A stretch of 64,000 bases of DNA from Octopus vulgaris (Eukaryota), in contig OX597826.1 in assembly GCA_951406725.2 (NCBI GenBank), positions 34,472,001-34,536,000 of the forward strand. The letters run 5' to 3'. Positions 13,690 to 27,972 of the stretch are shown piece by piece (position 1 is the first letter of the stretch; every line of letters starts with the position of its first letter). The notes beneath the pieces were generated by a model. The model did no database searches. It had not been told where the DNA came from and was given only the letters and a program-made list of their open reading frames with translations. The translations under genes and the position numbers were made by a program.

Positions 13690-14060
13690 GTCTATCCACA
13701 TTCATACACACTGACAGATATATGCCATTGTGTTCTGCGGCGTTTAATCGTGTATCCGATAATTCATTTGGTTTCTTCTTGACTACTTCTTCCCCTCAGT
13801 CCGTCTTTATGTCTCTCATGACTAATGAGGCCGCTTCTAGCATGGAAGTGTCTATTGAAATGTTCCGTGGCGGAGGCTTTGGTTGTTGCAACCTCCATTT
13901 TTCTTTCTTGCCGTTTCTCTTCCTCTTTCCTCTCTCATTCAGCTTCAATATGATGTGTCACAGTGGAGATGGAATGATGCCGGTCGGGCCTCTCTTGAAC
14001 TTCAATGTCCCAGGCTTGGAGATCGATTCCAGTTAGTTTTAGGCTTTGCTTCCGCTGATC

Positions 14061-14095
<35 letters not shown>

Positions 14096-14589
14096 CGGGG
14101 CAGTCTAAAAGTGGGCATGGCAAGATGTATAGTATTTTTACTATGTTTTGAGAATATCACAGTCGGTTGCCTCCCTCCGAGATGAGCAATCAATAGAAGA
14201 GTTAGCTAAATTCATATATCTTCAGTTGCACTCTGCTATGCCCATAAATGATATACCACATATCAACAGGTATCGCATGTAGATCACTGTGGTAAAGAAA
14301 TGTTTTTTTAAACCTGTAATTTCTTAGGGTCTTAGTGAAATTCATTTGTAAATCATAGGGAATAACATTAGTTTACTTTATGATAGCGATACGGCAAATG
14401 GCAGACAAAACTGAAAAAAAAACGTGTATACAATAAAAACACCATCAACTAATGTAATGAAAATATGTTGTCATTTCAAACGTTATTTATAAATATAGCA
14501 ATATATACTATATATACAATTTGGACCACAATTTCAGTTCTTAGGACTATGACACTGTGGTATCATAAAAGGCGAATATACATACATAA

Positions 14590-14663
14590 TACATACATAC
14601 ATACATACATACATACATACATACATACATACATACATACATACATACATACATACATACATA
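14590..14663. repeat. (TACA)n tetranucleotide repeat
   Basis: Direct reading. Confidence 0.95.
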
Positions 14664-14713
14664 CTTACTTACATGCATATATGATCGATCTGCTTAGAAA
14701 TATAATTCCTGAC

Positions 14714-15653
14714 TCCAGGCCATGATTGACAACGATCCCTCCAAGTCAATCAGGTCCATCGATAGGGATATGGGAGTGCCCTGGTATCTTATCAGGCAGG
14801 TATTGCATAAAGACATTCGGTATTACTCATACAATATGAGAATTTTTATCGCAAGCCATCAAGAACAAAAGGAAAGACTGCGCTACGAAGCTTTTGAAGA
14901 AACTTAAGCATCCCTTCCAACTGAACATGCCTTGGTTCCTTGGTTTTTCTCAGACGAGAAAAAATTCTGCCGTGATCAGATGGTGAATACACAGAACAAC
15001 ATTTAGCGTGCCGTGTCCTCAAAACAAGTACTGGGAGTAATCAATCATCCATTCAATAACGTTGTGTTTTCAGATAACACTAGTGATGGCGACGAAATGC
15101 CGCCATTCATCTTCCCACATGGCCTCGAACTCAACACGGAGTCCTACATCAATTGCCTGGAGGAGGTAGGGCTGCCTTGGGTCAAGAGGGTGGCTGCTGG
15201 AACACCCTACGTCTGGCAACAAGAATGTGCACCATACCACACAAGCAGGGGAACACAGTCATGGGTGTCAGACAATATCTGCAACCACATCACCCCTAAC
15301 ATCTGGCTACCTAACTACCAAAACTGTAACCCACTTTATTATTATGTGTGGGTGGGGGATCGCAGTTTAGCGAGAGGACGGCAAATCTCCTTTCACCCCC
15401 AAAGATAAACTGAAGGCAAGGATTATGGCAGCATTCACCAACTTAAACAAGAAGCCCGCCCAGAAGAGTTTCAGGAGATTCCGAAGTATTCTGGAGGCCA
15501 TGGTTGAATCCAATGGTGATGTTATTGAATATATTTACACCATTATTTCAAGATATTTGAATGTAAATTTGGTATATATATCTGTTGAAATGGGATGTCA
15601 GTGTTATTTTCCTTTTTGCGTAATTTAGACGACAGTTTATTCCCCACACCCTG
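14714..15653 (+). mobile_element. Degenerate Tc1/mariner transposon, DD37D (maT-like) spacing, 5'-truncated
   Basis: HTH-like MIDNDPSKSIRSI..DMGV; WFFSDEKKF at about 14941; VWQQECAPYHTS...WLPNYQNCNPLYYYVW with 37 residues between the second and third catalytic positions (both mutated). Ends ...cacaccctg|TA. Frameshifts present. Confidence 0.9.
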
Positions 15654-16318
15654 TATATGCATATATACATACAAACATACATACATATATATAAATATAT
15701 ATATTCATATACAGATACACAGAAATTTCGTTTAATATTTAATTGTCGCGAATTGACATATGTATATATTCCACTACTTTCTTAGTCACTCCTCTCAGTG
15801 AAACGACATACAAAGCAACTTTTGAATTATTTCATCTATAGCATTACATTTCCCTTCGAAATGTCTTTGTCGTCGCCATATTTTTGGTTATGTTTTCTTT
15901 CTTTTTGATATCATTACCACCATCATTGTTGTTACAATCCTTATACGGCCCAAGAAAAATATTTTCATAGGTCATAGGGCTAATGATATCGATTTACTAT
16001 TGATGTTAATTATAATACTGATGTACAAGAAAGTTAAATATCTATTAGACTTTGATTTTGAAATATTAGGTAATCTGAAATTAACCTCTTAAATGTTTGG
16101 GGCAAATTTTCTTGATACGATTATAAAAACCTTGAAAAAACACAAATATTGAGAATTCTAAATGATATAAAAATTAAGTGCGTTCGGAAATACGAACAAT
16201 GCAGTTAGGCGTGATGTTTCTAAAACAAAGTGGTGAAATCATGCTTCGCTCTTATTAAATCTCCTCAGCAATGCACATCTTTCATGTCTATCAAATTATT
16301 ATTATAGGAAGAATTAAT

Positions 16319-16513
16319 GCGGCGAACTGGCAGACTCGTTAGCGCACCGGGGAAAATATTTAGCGGCATTTCGGTCAGAGTTCAAATGCCGCCGATGTGG
16401 TCTTTGTCTTGCATCGTATCAGGGTCAATAAAATAAGTACCAGACAGATACTGGGGTCGATGTAGTCGACTTACCCCCTACCAAAGTTGCTGACCTTGTA
16501 CTTAAATTTGAAA
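16319..16513 (+). mobile_element. SINE family B (tRNA-derived)
   Basis: A box tggcagactcgttag, B box gagttcaaatgcc, body gggtcaataaaataagtaccag. Confidence 0.85.
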
Positions 16514-16959
16514 TTATTATTAGAGACAGAAAACCAAAAGCTTTGTTTTCTACAAATTAATTGCTTTGAATGATATCTCAGTAACTAACTCGGAGCCAAT
16601 AAATGATATATGTTTTAAATATATGAGACACTAGATTAAGCGTACGTAGGATGCAGAGCTCTCTGCTTTGGTAATTGCTCACAACTCTATTGGTATTAAC
16701 ATAAAATCTTCATGTAAACCATGGCAACAAATATTTTGTTAGCTTTGTAGCCGTGTATAAGTTCTCTGATTACATATGATAGTTTCTTGATTTCAGAATA
16801 ATAATAACTGATATTGTTTTAGATAGAGTTGTAAGGATTTAGTCTACAGATATTGAATTAACACTGAGCAATCATCTGAAACAATTGTGCTTTATTAAAA
16901 TAAATTAGTACAGAAAAACAATTCAGAAATCTAATTTTTGTTGAATGGTATATACAAAT

Positions 16960-17190
16960 GCGACGTGCTGGCAGAATCGTTAGCACGCCGGTCGAAATGT
17001 TTTGCGGTATTTCGTCTGCCGATACGTTCTGAGTTCAAATTCCGCCGAGGTCGACTTTGCCTTTCATCCTTTCGGGGTCGATTAAATAAGTACCAGTTAC
17101 ACACTGGGGCCGATGTAATCGACTTAATCCGTTTGTCTATCCTTGTTTGTCCTCTATGTGTTTAGACCCTTGTGGGCAGTAAAGAAATAG
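16960..17190 (+). mobile_element. SINE family B with 14-bp TSD
   Basis: tggcagaatcgttagcacgccg...gagttcaaattccgccgaggtcgactttgcctttcatcc. Flanks ggtatatacaaatg (16947-16960) and ggtatatataaatg (17190-17203). Confidence 0.9.
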
Positions 17191-19549
17191 GTATATATAA
17201 ATGTATGATGTCCTTCATTGTTGAGCGATACCGGGGGTATCCCACGTTATTATTCATAATATGGAAGGGTTGAATAAGATTATACAAGACTTATAGGGCA
17301 CAAGTTCAAATATGCATGTTCTTGGAAATGGAACAATTTCATTGACAATATGTAATTTTCTTCTTGTTTTCAATGTTATGAGTTAGGTGAATGTTTTGTT
17401 CAAATACATGTAGAATTGTCCCAGCAACAGATAATCAGACCCCCACCCCAGCGAAATCAAACCTTCGGTAATATTTGTGTAAATAAAATCTAAAGTTTTT
17501 CTTAATAGTAATAAAATAATTTCACTTTTCCCTTTAAGCTCACAGCCTTGTATATCTATGACTAATTTTACTTCTAAAATACACTTTATTAATATACCCA
17601 ACTTATGGCTGTACCAGTTATATAGATGCAACACATGACTCATTCGTCCATAGAAATCCAACCGTGTACATTTACGCTATTTGTGCACAAACATTACAGT
17701 TGTGTGCACACTAGAGAGGAACACGAACCACGTGCGCAAAAACGAAATTACCGACATGCACATGTCACATCTAACTATATTTTACAAATTAACTGTTTCT
17801 TATATAACCACATTCAGTGTTATGGTTAGAGACATTTCTCCAGTAAATATTAATGAAAACTATGCTGGATTTTTTTCCAACAAAAATAAATGCAAGATGG
17901 CAAGGGATTCAGAAATTCAGTGAGACTTTTTTTTCCCCTTCTTTAGAAAAGTCCGATATTTTGTTCGTGTTTTGAGTTCTTGAAGTGGAAAATAGAATGG
18001 AACTGGTGGCTGTTTCTTCGTAATATTTGTAATAATATTTGGCATGCAAAAGTTGATAAAAAATGGCTGACTAGTAGTAAGTTCTGAAAAATGTTTTTGG
18101 AGAGGTCTAAATACAGTTCATGTTTTGTATCTGTGAAGCATGAAATTGAATGAAACTGGTGGTTTTTTTTTCTTTCAGAGTTATAATACAAGCATACACA
18201 TACCCTCGCTACACAAATAATATATACATACATATACATACATACATACATACATAATACATACATATATATATACACCCACATATATGTTACATATATA
18301 TACGTTATGCTTGTATATATATATTATGGAGATGTCTATAAATATGTATAGTGTGTGTGCGTCTGTGTGTATAATAACGCAGAAAAGTATACCCCACAGA
18401 GTGTTGTGTCTACATTTAATATGGTTGTTTTGGCTTCAATTCTGTCTGATAAGTTTCGATGAAAATTAAAAGGAAACAATTGAGTATTCCATTGTCAGTG
18501 TGCTATCATTGATATAAGTGAAGTGCTGCAGTAGGTTAATCAAAAGAATTCTATAGAAGTAACAATCATGACAACCTGTCGAGAATGATTTTAAGTTTAA
18601 TATGGGGATATGTGTACAGGGACATTGATTATGGAAATGTCTCCAGCTTGCTGATTCTTCTTGACTAGAAATGATATTCTCCGTGCCATAGTATTGAAAA
18701 AGAAATTGGTAAACAATATTTGTTTAGTTTAATGCGAATGTCTCTTCCTGCAAGATAGTTAGAAAGTTGTAATCTGTAATGGTTTAGCTGGTATGATATT
18801 CTATGCAGTTGATTCAGAGATCGTGGGTTTTGTATTCTACTGCAATTATTTCATGGTATTTTATAAATGAAAAGATCTAAGTTTAATTTGAAACTGCAGA
18901 AACTTAAAGAGAAATATATTAAACTATGAACCATTGATAAACAACTGCTTTAATCAAAGTGATATTCTCCCTTCTTCTTGAAACGGCCTGGGCCTGAATA
19001 CTGTGCTAGTCATACTTTTCCCAGAGCTATTAGCAATATAAAACTGCTAAGCATATATATTCATCGCATGTTGCAATATAGAGATGATACAGTGACTGGC
19101 CTTTCATCCTCATTGATATTAGTCAATTGAATAACAATCTTAGAAATATAGGTAAAACGATCTTGCTAAAATTGAAAATTGAATATAAATTCCTAAACAT
19201 GGTGACTGGTTGTTTATCAATACTCTTGTGGCATGAATTTAAGATGTTTTATTAATTTTGTTTAACTGAAAATCATTTTATCTGCAATCGATCCAGCGTT
19301 CAGTGGGGTGGGAATAGTATTAGTTTAATAGCATCACTCTAAACCGAGATTTTATATTTAATTATATGCTAACTAATTATCTGAAAACGTATTTTTTGTT
19401 TAAAAAAGGATTTCAATGGAGACGCTATTCATGGCATTCCTGAATTTGTTATTTGGAATTCTATTTATTATATCTGATTTCAAAGTTCATCATCTCAGGA
19501 TTCGGCGAAGGACACAATTAATATGGAGATATGTGGCCAATATTACATT

Positions 19550-19746
19550 GGCGGCGATCTGGCAGATTAGCACGCCGGACGAAATGCTTACTGGCATTTC
19601 GTCCGTCTTCACGTTCTGAGTTCAAATTTCGCTGAGAAATACTTTGGCTTTCATCCATTCTGGGTCGATAAAATAAGCACCATTCAAATACTGTTGACAA
19701 TGTACTCTCCCCCTAAAATTGCTGGCTTTGTGCCAAAATTTGAAAT
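19550..19746 (+). mobile_element. SINE family B with 13-bp TSD
   Basis: Family B head and body; caatattacattg occurs at 19538-19550 and 19747-19759. Confidence 0.9.
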
Positions 19747-20049
19747 CAATATTACATTGAGATCAAAGCTTTGACAAGAAACAGCACGTTTACCTGCTCC
19801 TGTGGGGAAAACGTAAGATTATGGAATGCGAATTTGGCTTAATGATTTAGCCATCACAGATTCTAAGATATTGTACTACTTGGACTCAACAAATGTCTTT
19901 CTGTGTAGTTAAGAAAAATTGCGAGAGTAACTGCCAATTTAACTACTGTAGCAGGTACGATTGTGCTTAAGTAAGAAACGTTAACAAGTGAAAGAGGTGA
20001 AAATGATATCATCTGCGAAAGTGTACATGGACATTTGTATGCATGTTTG

Positions 20050-20260
20050 TATCTGTATAGGTTATTGCTATAAAGAAAGATAGAGATAGTGGTGTGATAT
20101 GTTCAGTAACTATGAAAATATTTGAAAGAATTGTGCTGAGAAACCATTTGTGTAAAGGCAAACGAACTGTAAATGCCGTGACTTATTCGGTGAAGGTGTC
20201 ATGTTAGATGGTTTTTGAGAAGTTAGAAGAGACATTTTACGCAAGAGAAAAAAGCGTTGG
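20050..20260 (+). pseudogene. Decayed RTE-like LINE RT relic
   Basis: MKIFERIVLRNHLCKGKRTVNAV resembles the RT motif MK.FER.L...GR.T.DA. Confidence 0.35.
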
Positions 20261-21899
20261 ACCGCAAAATGAAACTTCTTGTTCTTGCTTTGCAGAAATA
20301 CTTTCTACCATTTTCTAATCGTAGTATTCCTTATATGCGGTGCCACGAAGAATTTAGTCATCTCTCGGTGTATAATGATATGCATCTCGTTTCAGGATTT
20401 TATAATGATATGAGTTGTATACGCTTGCAACTTAACTGTAAGCGAACCACTGGTGCCTTGCGAAGTTTATATTTCCGATGAAGGTAGTGAATGGTCATAG
20501 CATGGATGAATCAGAGGTAAAACATGCCGACCAGTTTCTCAACGTGGCAGATAACAATGGAATGGTTATTATGCAACTACGGTGTCAGTGTATTAATGTC
20601 TATAGCTATGTGTTTAATGAAAGGGTACCGTAGCGTTAATAATCTCACAATGAGTGAATTATAAGATATTTTGTGCAGAAAATAAAACTGTAGAACCTGA
20701 TTGCTTGTTTCAGATTGAATTTGCACGTGTCTATATTTGTTGAGTGAACGGTATTTGAAAAATCATGATGTTGTAACACGAATCCAGGAAATACACCATT
20801 GTTTGTAAGGAACAAAGTTTTGATAATTTAGAATATTGGATTTGGATAAATATTTGTCAGTGGGGAACAGAATGTAAAGTATTGAGGTGGGGGTGTAAGG
20901 AAATTGTATAATCTGAAAGTTTGGATATAAACTGAGGGAGTTTAGCCTAACAAAGGAAGCTGACTAATGATGCAGCAAAAACTAGAGGAGGTATCATACA
21001 GTTATGCATAATCAGGGGTTCATAATGATGATGATAAAATCAGTGGCGGATAATAGTTGCAATGATGCTGGTATTGCGTATGTGAGAACGCTTACCTAAA
21101 ACAATTACAGTGTTAGAGAACAGTAAGATCAAAGAGCTGATGATAACCATCAATTATCATTTGCATGTAATAAATGGCATTCGTATTTGTGAGGTTCCCA
21201 GTTTGAATTGGAGAGTTCTTCTTTGCTAATATTAGCTTAATAGGTGGCTGTTGTGACAAGAGGTTTACCACCAAAAATTTAGATCACCCCTCCAACCAGC
21301 TATTCCAGAAATTAATTCAAATCTGTCAAGACAGACGTGATGAAAGGATATATAGAAATAAAATATATATTTATTTTCCTTTTACTAACCATGTCATTAA
21401 TATGTTCAATGTATCGTGCCATTGTTGTAATGTAAGGTATTTTACTACATCATAACAATTGGTATGGATAAAATAGTAAAACAACAATGCAATAAAGGTT
21501 TTTCCAAACATGAAGGGTGACGGCGGAGGAGTGTTAGGAAAAACAAAAGAAGAACAAAAATCCACAAACGCTGACATGAATATAAATCATAATAATCTGT
21601 CTTTAGACGTGTTTCCTACAATCATAGCGTTCACATTGTCTAAGACATCTATTATTTTGCCATAAACTGCCAATTGCCATTTGTCATCCTGAAATCATAC
21701 TTTAATTCTTGTTTAGGAATAATTTACCAAAATAAATATCACAAACAGCTAAATAAAATTTGAAGCAAACAAATAAAAATACGATGCAGAATAGGGAATG
21801 AATATATACGTATACACATACATTTTTGCGCGCTCGCGCATGTATGTATATATATATATATACGTATACATGCGCGCGCACGCACAAACACACATATAC

Positions 21900-21951
<52 letters not shown>

Positions 21952-23223
21952 GTGTATACATATATACAAATATATATGTATACATATTCATATATAAGTA
22001 TATACATATAGAAATGTACACATATGAACACAGACACGTACACGTACAAAGACACACACACGCACACACACACACACACATGGTATGATAATTGTAAGGT
22101 GAGGAAAATTGTTTAAAATAAATTAAAAAAGAAACTATAAAGAATAAAATCTCTGGTTCATTTAGTTAAGGAATATCGACGAGAAGTGCTTAAAAATGGG
22201 GAGCATTTTCTAAATTCCTTGATAAATATAAATGGCAGGCTGTTGAAGATGGACAAATAAATATCAACAAAACGCAATCTAGAAAACTGGTACCGGAGTA
22301 AAATCAAATCTGATTGTAAAGCACTTGTTTGTCATATGTTGTAGAAATTGTATAATTCTTAAATCGAAACGAGTGGTAATTGATAATTTCAATTCTACGT
22401 GTGAAAAGTGAATGAAACCATCCAAATTTACCATTTTTATATTATTTTGTAAAGTGAATTTCTTGAAAAATCTAGCAGATATATTTAGTGAGAGGTTAAA
22501 GATGTTGAATAATTTCTATAGATAATGTTTTAGGTTGTGCTAAGCCAATACAATTATCGTTTGCATCTGTTCTCAATAAGACTTCTATCGAAAGTAGCTG
22601 AAATGAAATAGAAAAGAAAAATAAATAAATAAATGAATAAAAAGTAGCGGGTCATCTTTCACGACGAGAATTGCAAAGATGTTCCATGACCCCCACCTGG
22701 TATTGAAAGTGAAGATGATAAAGAATGAGTTCGTTGAGTTGACACTTCAACGCATTTGTTAATGTGGTCGTGGCCTTTGTTGCTGTTATAGTTGTTGTTA
22801 TGACAATTCTTGCATTTGTTTAACCCCAGGTCAACCCTGTCTGGTCAAATGTATTTACAGCTGTTAACACTCATCTTGCTTTTAAGAATAGAGCACATAA
22901 AATAGGTTCACAGTGTTCTTTCTTTTAAGACAATTGTATGATTTAACGCAACTACAAAAGAGAACACATTAACTCGAGAAGTTTGCTAAACATGCATATT
23001 TCGGTTGCATTTAATTAGCTGTTGATTTTGTCCACTTGGCCCTCTTCTAAAGAAGTGATTGAAAGCCACATGCTTCACATGAATCTAGAAGCAAATTTTA
23101 GAGCTTAAGCCATACTTCAGTCCAGTCTACAATTCTCATTCTACGATCATTTGTTCATTATGCAATTTGGTAATATTGAAATTTTAGATAAAAAGAGAAG
23201 ACGGAATTTTTTTTTTTTAAAAA

Positions 23224-23662
23224 TGTGTGGTAAGAAGATTGCTTCCCAAACACGTTTCCGGGTTCAGTCCCACTCTGTGGCATCAAGGCCTTGTGATTTG
23301 GTAGACCAAGGCCTAGATCTGGTAGACGGAAACGGAGAGAAGCCCGTCGTAGATATATTATTCATCTATATATCTATATGTGTGTGTGGGTGCATGTTTG
23401 TGTCGCAGTGTGTGTGTGTGTGTTTATATGTGTATGTCTGTGTGTTTGTGTCTGTGTTTGTCCCCCACTACCGCTTGACAACCGGTGAAGGTGTGTTTAA
23501 GTCCCTGTAACTTAGCGGCTCGACAAAAAGAACCGATTGAATAAGTACCAGAATTGAAACAAATAAGCCCTGGGGTCGATTTGTTCGACTAAACCCCTTC
23601 AAGGCGGTGCTCCAGCATGGCCACCGTCTAATGACTGAAACAGGTAAAAGATAAAAGATAAA
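23224..23662 (+). mobile_element. SINE family A with internal (TG)n
   Basis: tgtgtggtaagaag...ccgggttcagtcccact...ggtagacggaaac, microsatellite, then the tail ending gactgaaacaggtaaaagataaaagat. Confidence 0.88.
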
Positions 23663-23838
23663 ATATAAACTTCAGAGAAATTAGAACTACTTGTCGAGTG
23701 GAAGCGGAAGTCAGGTTTTCAGGGATTAAATTAATTCATATTTTCCCGTTTAGAGTTTTGTTAAGAGCTGAAGTATGGAATAAAACTATGATCTGTGCTT
23801 TTGTCTGCATCCTCCGGTCGAGATCATTTTTGGAAATA

Positions 23839-24073
23839 CGGGGTGTTCAAAAAGTCTCTCCGCAGTAAATATTTTATTGCAAAATTAATATTTATAAGAT
23901 GGTATAAGACTACAAACGAATATATTTACGCGGCTGTAAAAAAAAAAACTTTATAAGAGGTGTTGAAGATGTCACCTTTCATTTTCAATATTCTTCTACA
24001 CATGTATTGAAATACATCTTGGAGAGTCAGGATAGAAGAAAATTCGCTGCAGAGAGACTTTTTGAACACCCTA
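23839..24073. mobile_element. Tc1/mariner-type MITE (235 bp)
   Basis: TIRs cggggtgttcaaaaagtctctccgcag / ctgcagagagactttttgaacacccta, with TA on both outer sides; no ORF. Confidence 0.85.
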
Positions 24074-24568
24074 TACATCTCTCAACATCGACGAGCAAAG
24101 CCTGAATAACCTGTCCGGCAATATTATATATCCCAGTGTTCTCATTACAAGCCTGACAGGACTGCAGTGATTTTTTAGTGGTTCATGCGATTCCTCTAAA
24201 TAACTATGTTAATTCTCAACAAAATCATTATGAGAAAATTAGGAGAATCTATAGATGTTAACACTACGTTGTAGGGAAGAATAAATACATATTTACTACG
24301 AATTGGAGAAGATATTTCTTTTGCCGAGAACAAATGCAATTATATGAGTTATGCAAGTCTGCAGATAATTTCACGTCTCTTCAGTATGAGATGATAGTCT
24401 TTTTAATGGTTCAAGCAATTTAATTTGATGCATGAATTACTGTAGTAATAATGAGGAAATAAAAACCAGAAGGTCAGCATATCTTTACAGGTCAAATTTG
24501 TTAATGTTTTATTTCTTGATTTAATTAGCATTTAATATAATTGAAGTTATCTTATTGTACTAAATGGA

Positions 24569-24640
<72 letters not shown>

Positions 24641-24683
24641 CGACACCACTACTACTACTACTACCACCACCACCACCACCACC

Positions 24684-24739
<56 letters not shown>

Positions 24740-24790
24740 TACTACTATTAATAATATTACAACTACTACAACTATTGCTGCTGCTGCTAT
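24569..24790. repeat. (CTA)n/(CCA)n compound microsatellite
   Basis: Direct reading. Confidence 0.95.
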
Positions 24791-25046
24791 TGTAATTATT
24801 ACTATTGCTTTTGTTATTTGTCTCTAGATATTATGGAAAAATATAAAGTATTGAGATGAAACATTAATGCTATAGGTGTTCAATTTACATGTTAATAAGT
24901 GACTAATATATATGGGGAAAATATATACCCTGGTGTACACTCACTTATATATACATATAGGATCATATAGACAAACAGAAGCATAAAGACGAATTTGAAA
25001 AACTTATACATGTGAAGAGATACGGACATTCAAGCGCACACAAGCC

Positions 25047-25047
25047 C

Positions 25048-25125
<78 letters not shown>

Positions 25126-25155
25126 ATATCTGTCTATCTATCCATCAATCTCTCT

Positions 25156-25200
<45 letters not shown>
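25047..25200. repeat. (TATC)n and (TA)n microsatellites
   Basis: Direct reading. Confidence 0.95.
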
Positions 25201-25203
<3 letters not shown>

Positions 25204-25410
25204 AATAAAAAAATGCGAAGAACAAACACAAGAAGAAACAACAACGTGTCGACGTGGTACATGCAAAGTATTAGCAGACGCTCAGGGAAGGAAAGAAAGG
25301 TAGTTTTACGTTTCGAGCAAAGCACCTAGTCAGAAACAGGATATGGAAGAAAGTGCAAGAGAAAAAGAAAAAGGAGAAAAAAATCGCCAACGATCCACAT
25401 GTGGCTACGT
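25201..25410 (-). mobile_element. Solo PLE pLTR with near-intact hammerhead (25303-25337)
   Basis: Minus strand GTTT-CTGACTA-g-gtgc(ttt)gctc-GAAA-CG-TA-AAAC (G8 changed to U). Whole block is homologous to 44665-44863. Confidence 0.7.
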
Positions 25411-26399
25411 TAGATGGGTTCGTAAAAAATGATCTTGATTGCATTTCTCCTTCGTAAATTCTGTTTTCTTGTGAAACTGTTACGGATTTGACAAAAAGTT
25501 TATTTGATATTTTTTCCACACAAAACCTCAAGCAAACTGATTAGTAGTTAACTCCAGTCTACCCTTTGCGCATGCGCACTCATTAATTACATGAAACTAC
25601 AAAGTAGTTCGACCCGAACTCGCGACAATAAAATCTGTGTTTGGTGTGCTTTAGATCATCTTCAAAATGGACAAACCTGAAAGAAGATAAGCGCTGTGTA
25701 CAAAAGGAATGCTGTAACAGAGTGAATGTGCCAGAAATAGTTTCAAAGGTTTCAAACGGGAAATGTTTCGGTCTTCGTTCGACTCTTATTACTCTAAAAG
25801 ACGTTAATAGATATATCAAATATGACAATCTCATTATGAAATAAGACAATCTCACTCAATGTCAACACATCGGCAAATATGTTGTGGCATGATAGAAGAA
25901 CATACCACCAACATAACGTGTGAGTCAATAATTAACTATTTTGCACGAAATATCATACAATCAATTTACTTAACCCCTCGATTATAATCGATATTGGTAT
26001 TCACATTAAACCTCAAAATAATACAACTATATTTGTTGATATTTATGAATACTGATATTTCGATGATAAATTCCATAAATTATATGTCAATATTTAATTA
26101 TTTACCATACTGACTAGATCGTTCTTTAGTGATAACCAATTTAAGAACCCTTAAAACCGTGGCACCGATTATATTACTACATAATTTGATTCACTTTTCC
26201 TCTTCATGCAGTTGTTCTTAGCTTACTCTTCCCTTCATCTTCAATATTTAAGTAAGCATCGATATTGTTACCTTATATATAATTCAAACCTTGATGTAAA
26301 TAACATAATGGACCCACCCATCGAAGACGACATAAGGGCGTTCAGCTTTTGCCGAACGACCTGAAAAAATCATTTGTTCATAGTGATCAACTGTTGGTG

Positions 26400-26599
26400 C
26401 CGCATATTAGCTCACTCTCTCCATCAAATGGATGTTGTCAGAGAAGGTGCAGTGTGTGCCACGCGTCAGGTGTCGAGGTGACTGCAGAGCAACATGAGAC
26501 GAAATGTATTGTTCAAAAACACCAACCACCACCCGGTCTAGAAACGGAAACCTCGATGTCGCGATCGGGAGTGCAACACCCTAACCACTAGGCCATGTG
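26400..26599 (-). mobile_element. SINE family C
   Basis: Minus strand tggcctagtggttagggtgttgcactcccgatcgcg (tRNA-like head). Confidence 0.75.
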
Positions 26600-26817
26600 A
26601 CCTCAGGATAACTTGCGATAATCTATAATAATAAAGAATAATCTCCACAAGATGTTTTAATTTCCCTTGCATATTCTGCAATCGCTGCAGAGATAACGAA
26701 AACCTAAGAATATTTTTTAAGTAACGATTTCTGGCTGAGATTATCGCCTGAAGTACTTACCAGAATCTTACAACGAATAATCAAGTTAGGAAAGACCAAT
26801 ACTATTGCAAACCATTG

Positions 26818-26820
<3 letters not shown>

Positions 26821-26902
<82 letters not shown>

Positions 26903-26921
26903 ACACACACACACATACACA
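26821..26921. repeat. (CA)n microsatellite
   Basis: Direct reading. Confidence 0.95.
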
Positions 26922-27007
26922 TATATATATATATTCACATGTATTATTAAATACGTATATGCATGCACTTACACCCTTACATATTTATATAGTCAAGCGT
27001 ATACACA

Positions 27008-27046
<39 letters not shown>

Positions 27047-27587
27047 GCTTGGGAATGAAGATGCAACTCCGTAAGTATTCTGAGACGAGATAAAAATAAG
27101 TGTAGGAGAGAAGCTTGAATGTGGTGAAATCTTTCAAATTACAATATATCAACTGGAAACTTTAATGCATAGCAGTCGTTTCTGAAATGCTTTTGATCTT
27201 CAGCTTGTTATATCAGAGCTGACCTGGTACTAGGCACCAACAACTCTAAGACAACATGATAATTCGAAATCAAATATTTGTTCTAATCGCAGATTACCAG
27301 AGAATCAACTGATAGTTCAGAGATCAGCATATCACATCCTGTTGTAACCACTTTTCCATTATCTATAAAAGTTCTATGAAGCACAGTCTCCTCAGAAAAA
27401 CTACAGTGTAGAGAGAAGACGATAGTACGCTGAAGTGAAAGGCTGTCGCAGAATAATATGCACGAAGAATAAGATAAATTCTTCTACATACAGAGGTAAT
27501 CAATGATCCTCCTTTCTTCTAAACTATTATAAGCCATTAGAAATGCATGTCATGCTATATACACAAACATATATGGATATTCGGGTA

Positions 27588-27865
27588 TCTTAAAGTCGTG
27601 ATTCATATCGAGCCCGTCTGGGTATTAGCGCGATTCTACGATGAGTCTACGATTTTAAAAATAATCTACCGTCATTTTTTTCCATTTTAACGCATATTTT
27701 TTTAATAAAGGGAAGTAACTCTTTACAAATGTCTACGATGAGTCAACGATTTAAAAAAAATGTTTCCATTTTTAATGCATTTTTTGCTATTTTTTGGCTA
27801 TAACTCTCAAAAATGCTTTATAGTTATGTCCCTTACAAACCCGAGCAAGCCGGGCGATACTGCTA

Positions 27866-27866
<1 letters not shown>
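27588..27866 (+). mobile_element. Non-autonomous Helitron
   Basis: 3' GC hairpin cccgagcaagccggg 8 nt before a terminal CTAG followed by T. Candidate 5' end A|TC at 27587/27588. Internal direct repeat tctacgatgagtc(t/a)acgattt. Confidence 0.7.
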
Positions 27867-27911
<45 letters not shown>

Positions 27912-27933
27912 CCTGTACATCATCTCCAAACCT

Positions 27934-27972
<39 letters not shown>

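Noticed and set aside
25410-25900. Possible mariner 5' end
   Set aside because: No TIR pair or transposase motif confirmed.
27171-27205. CTGAAGA...GAAA on minus (similar case at 43551-43580)
   Set aside because: Stems too weak or core mutated to distinguish from chance.
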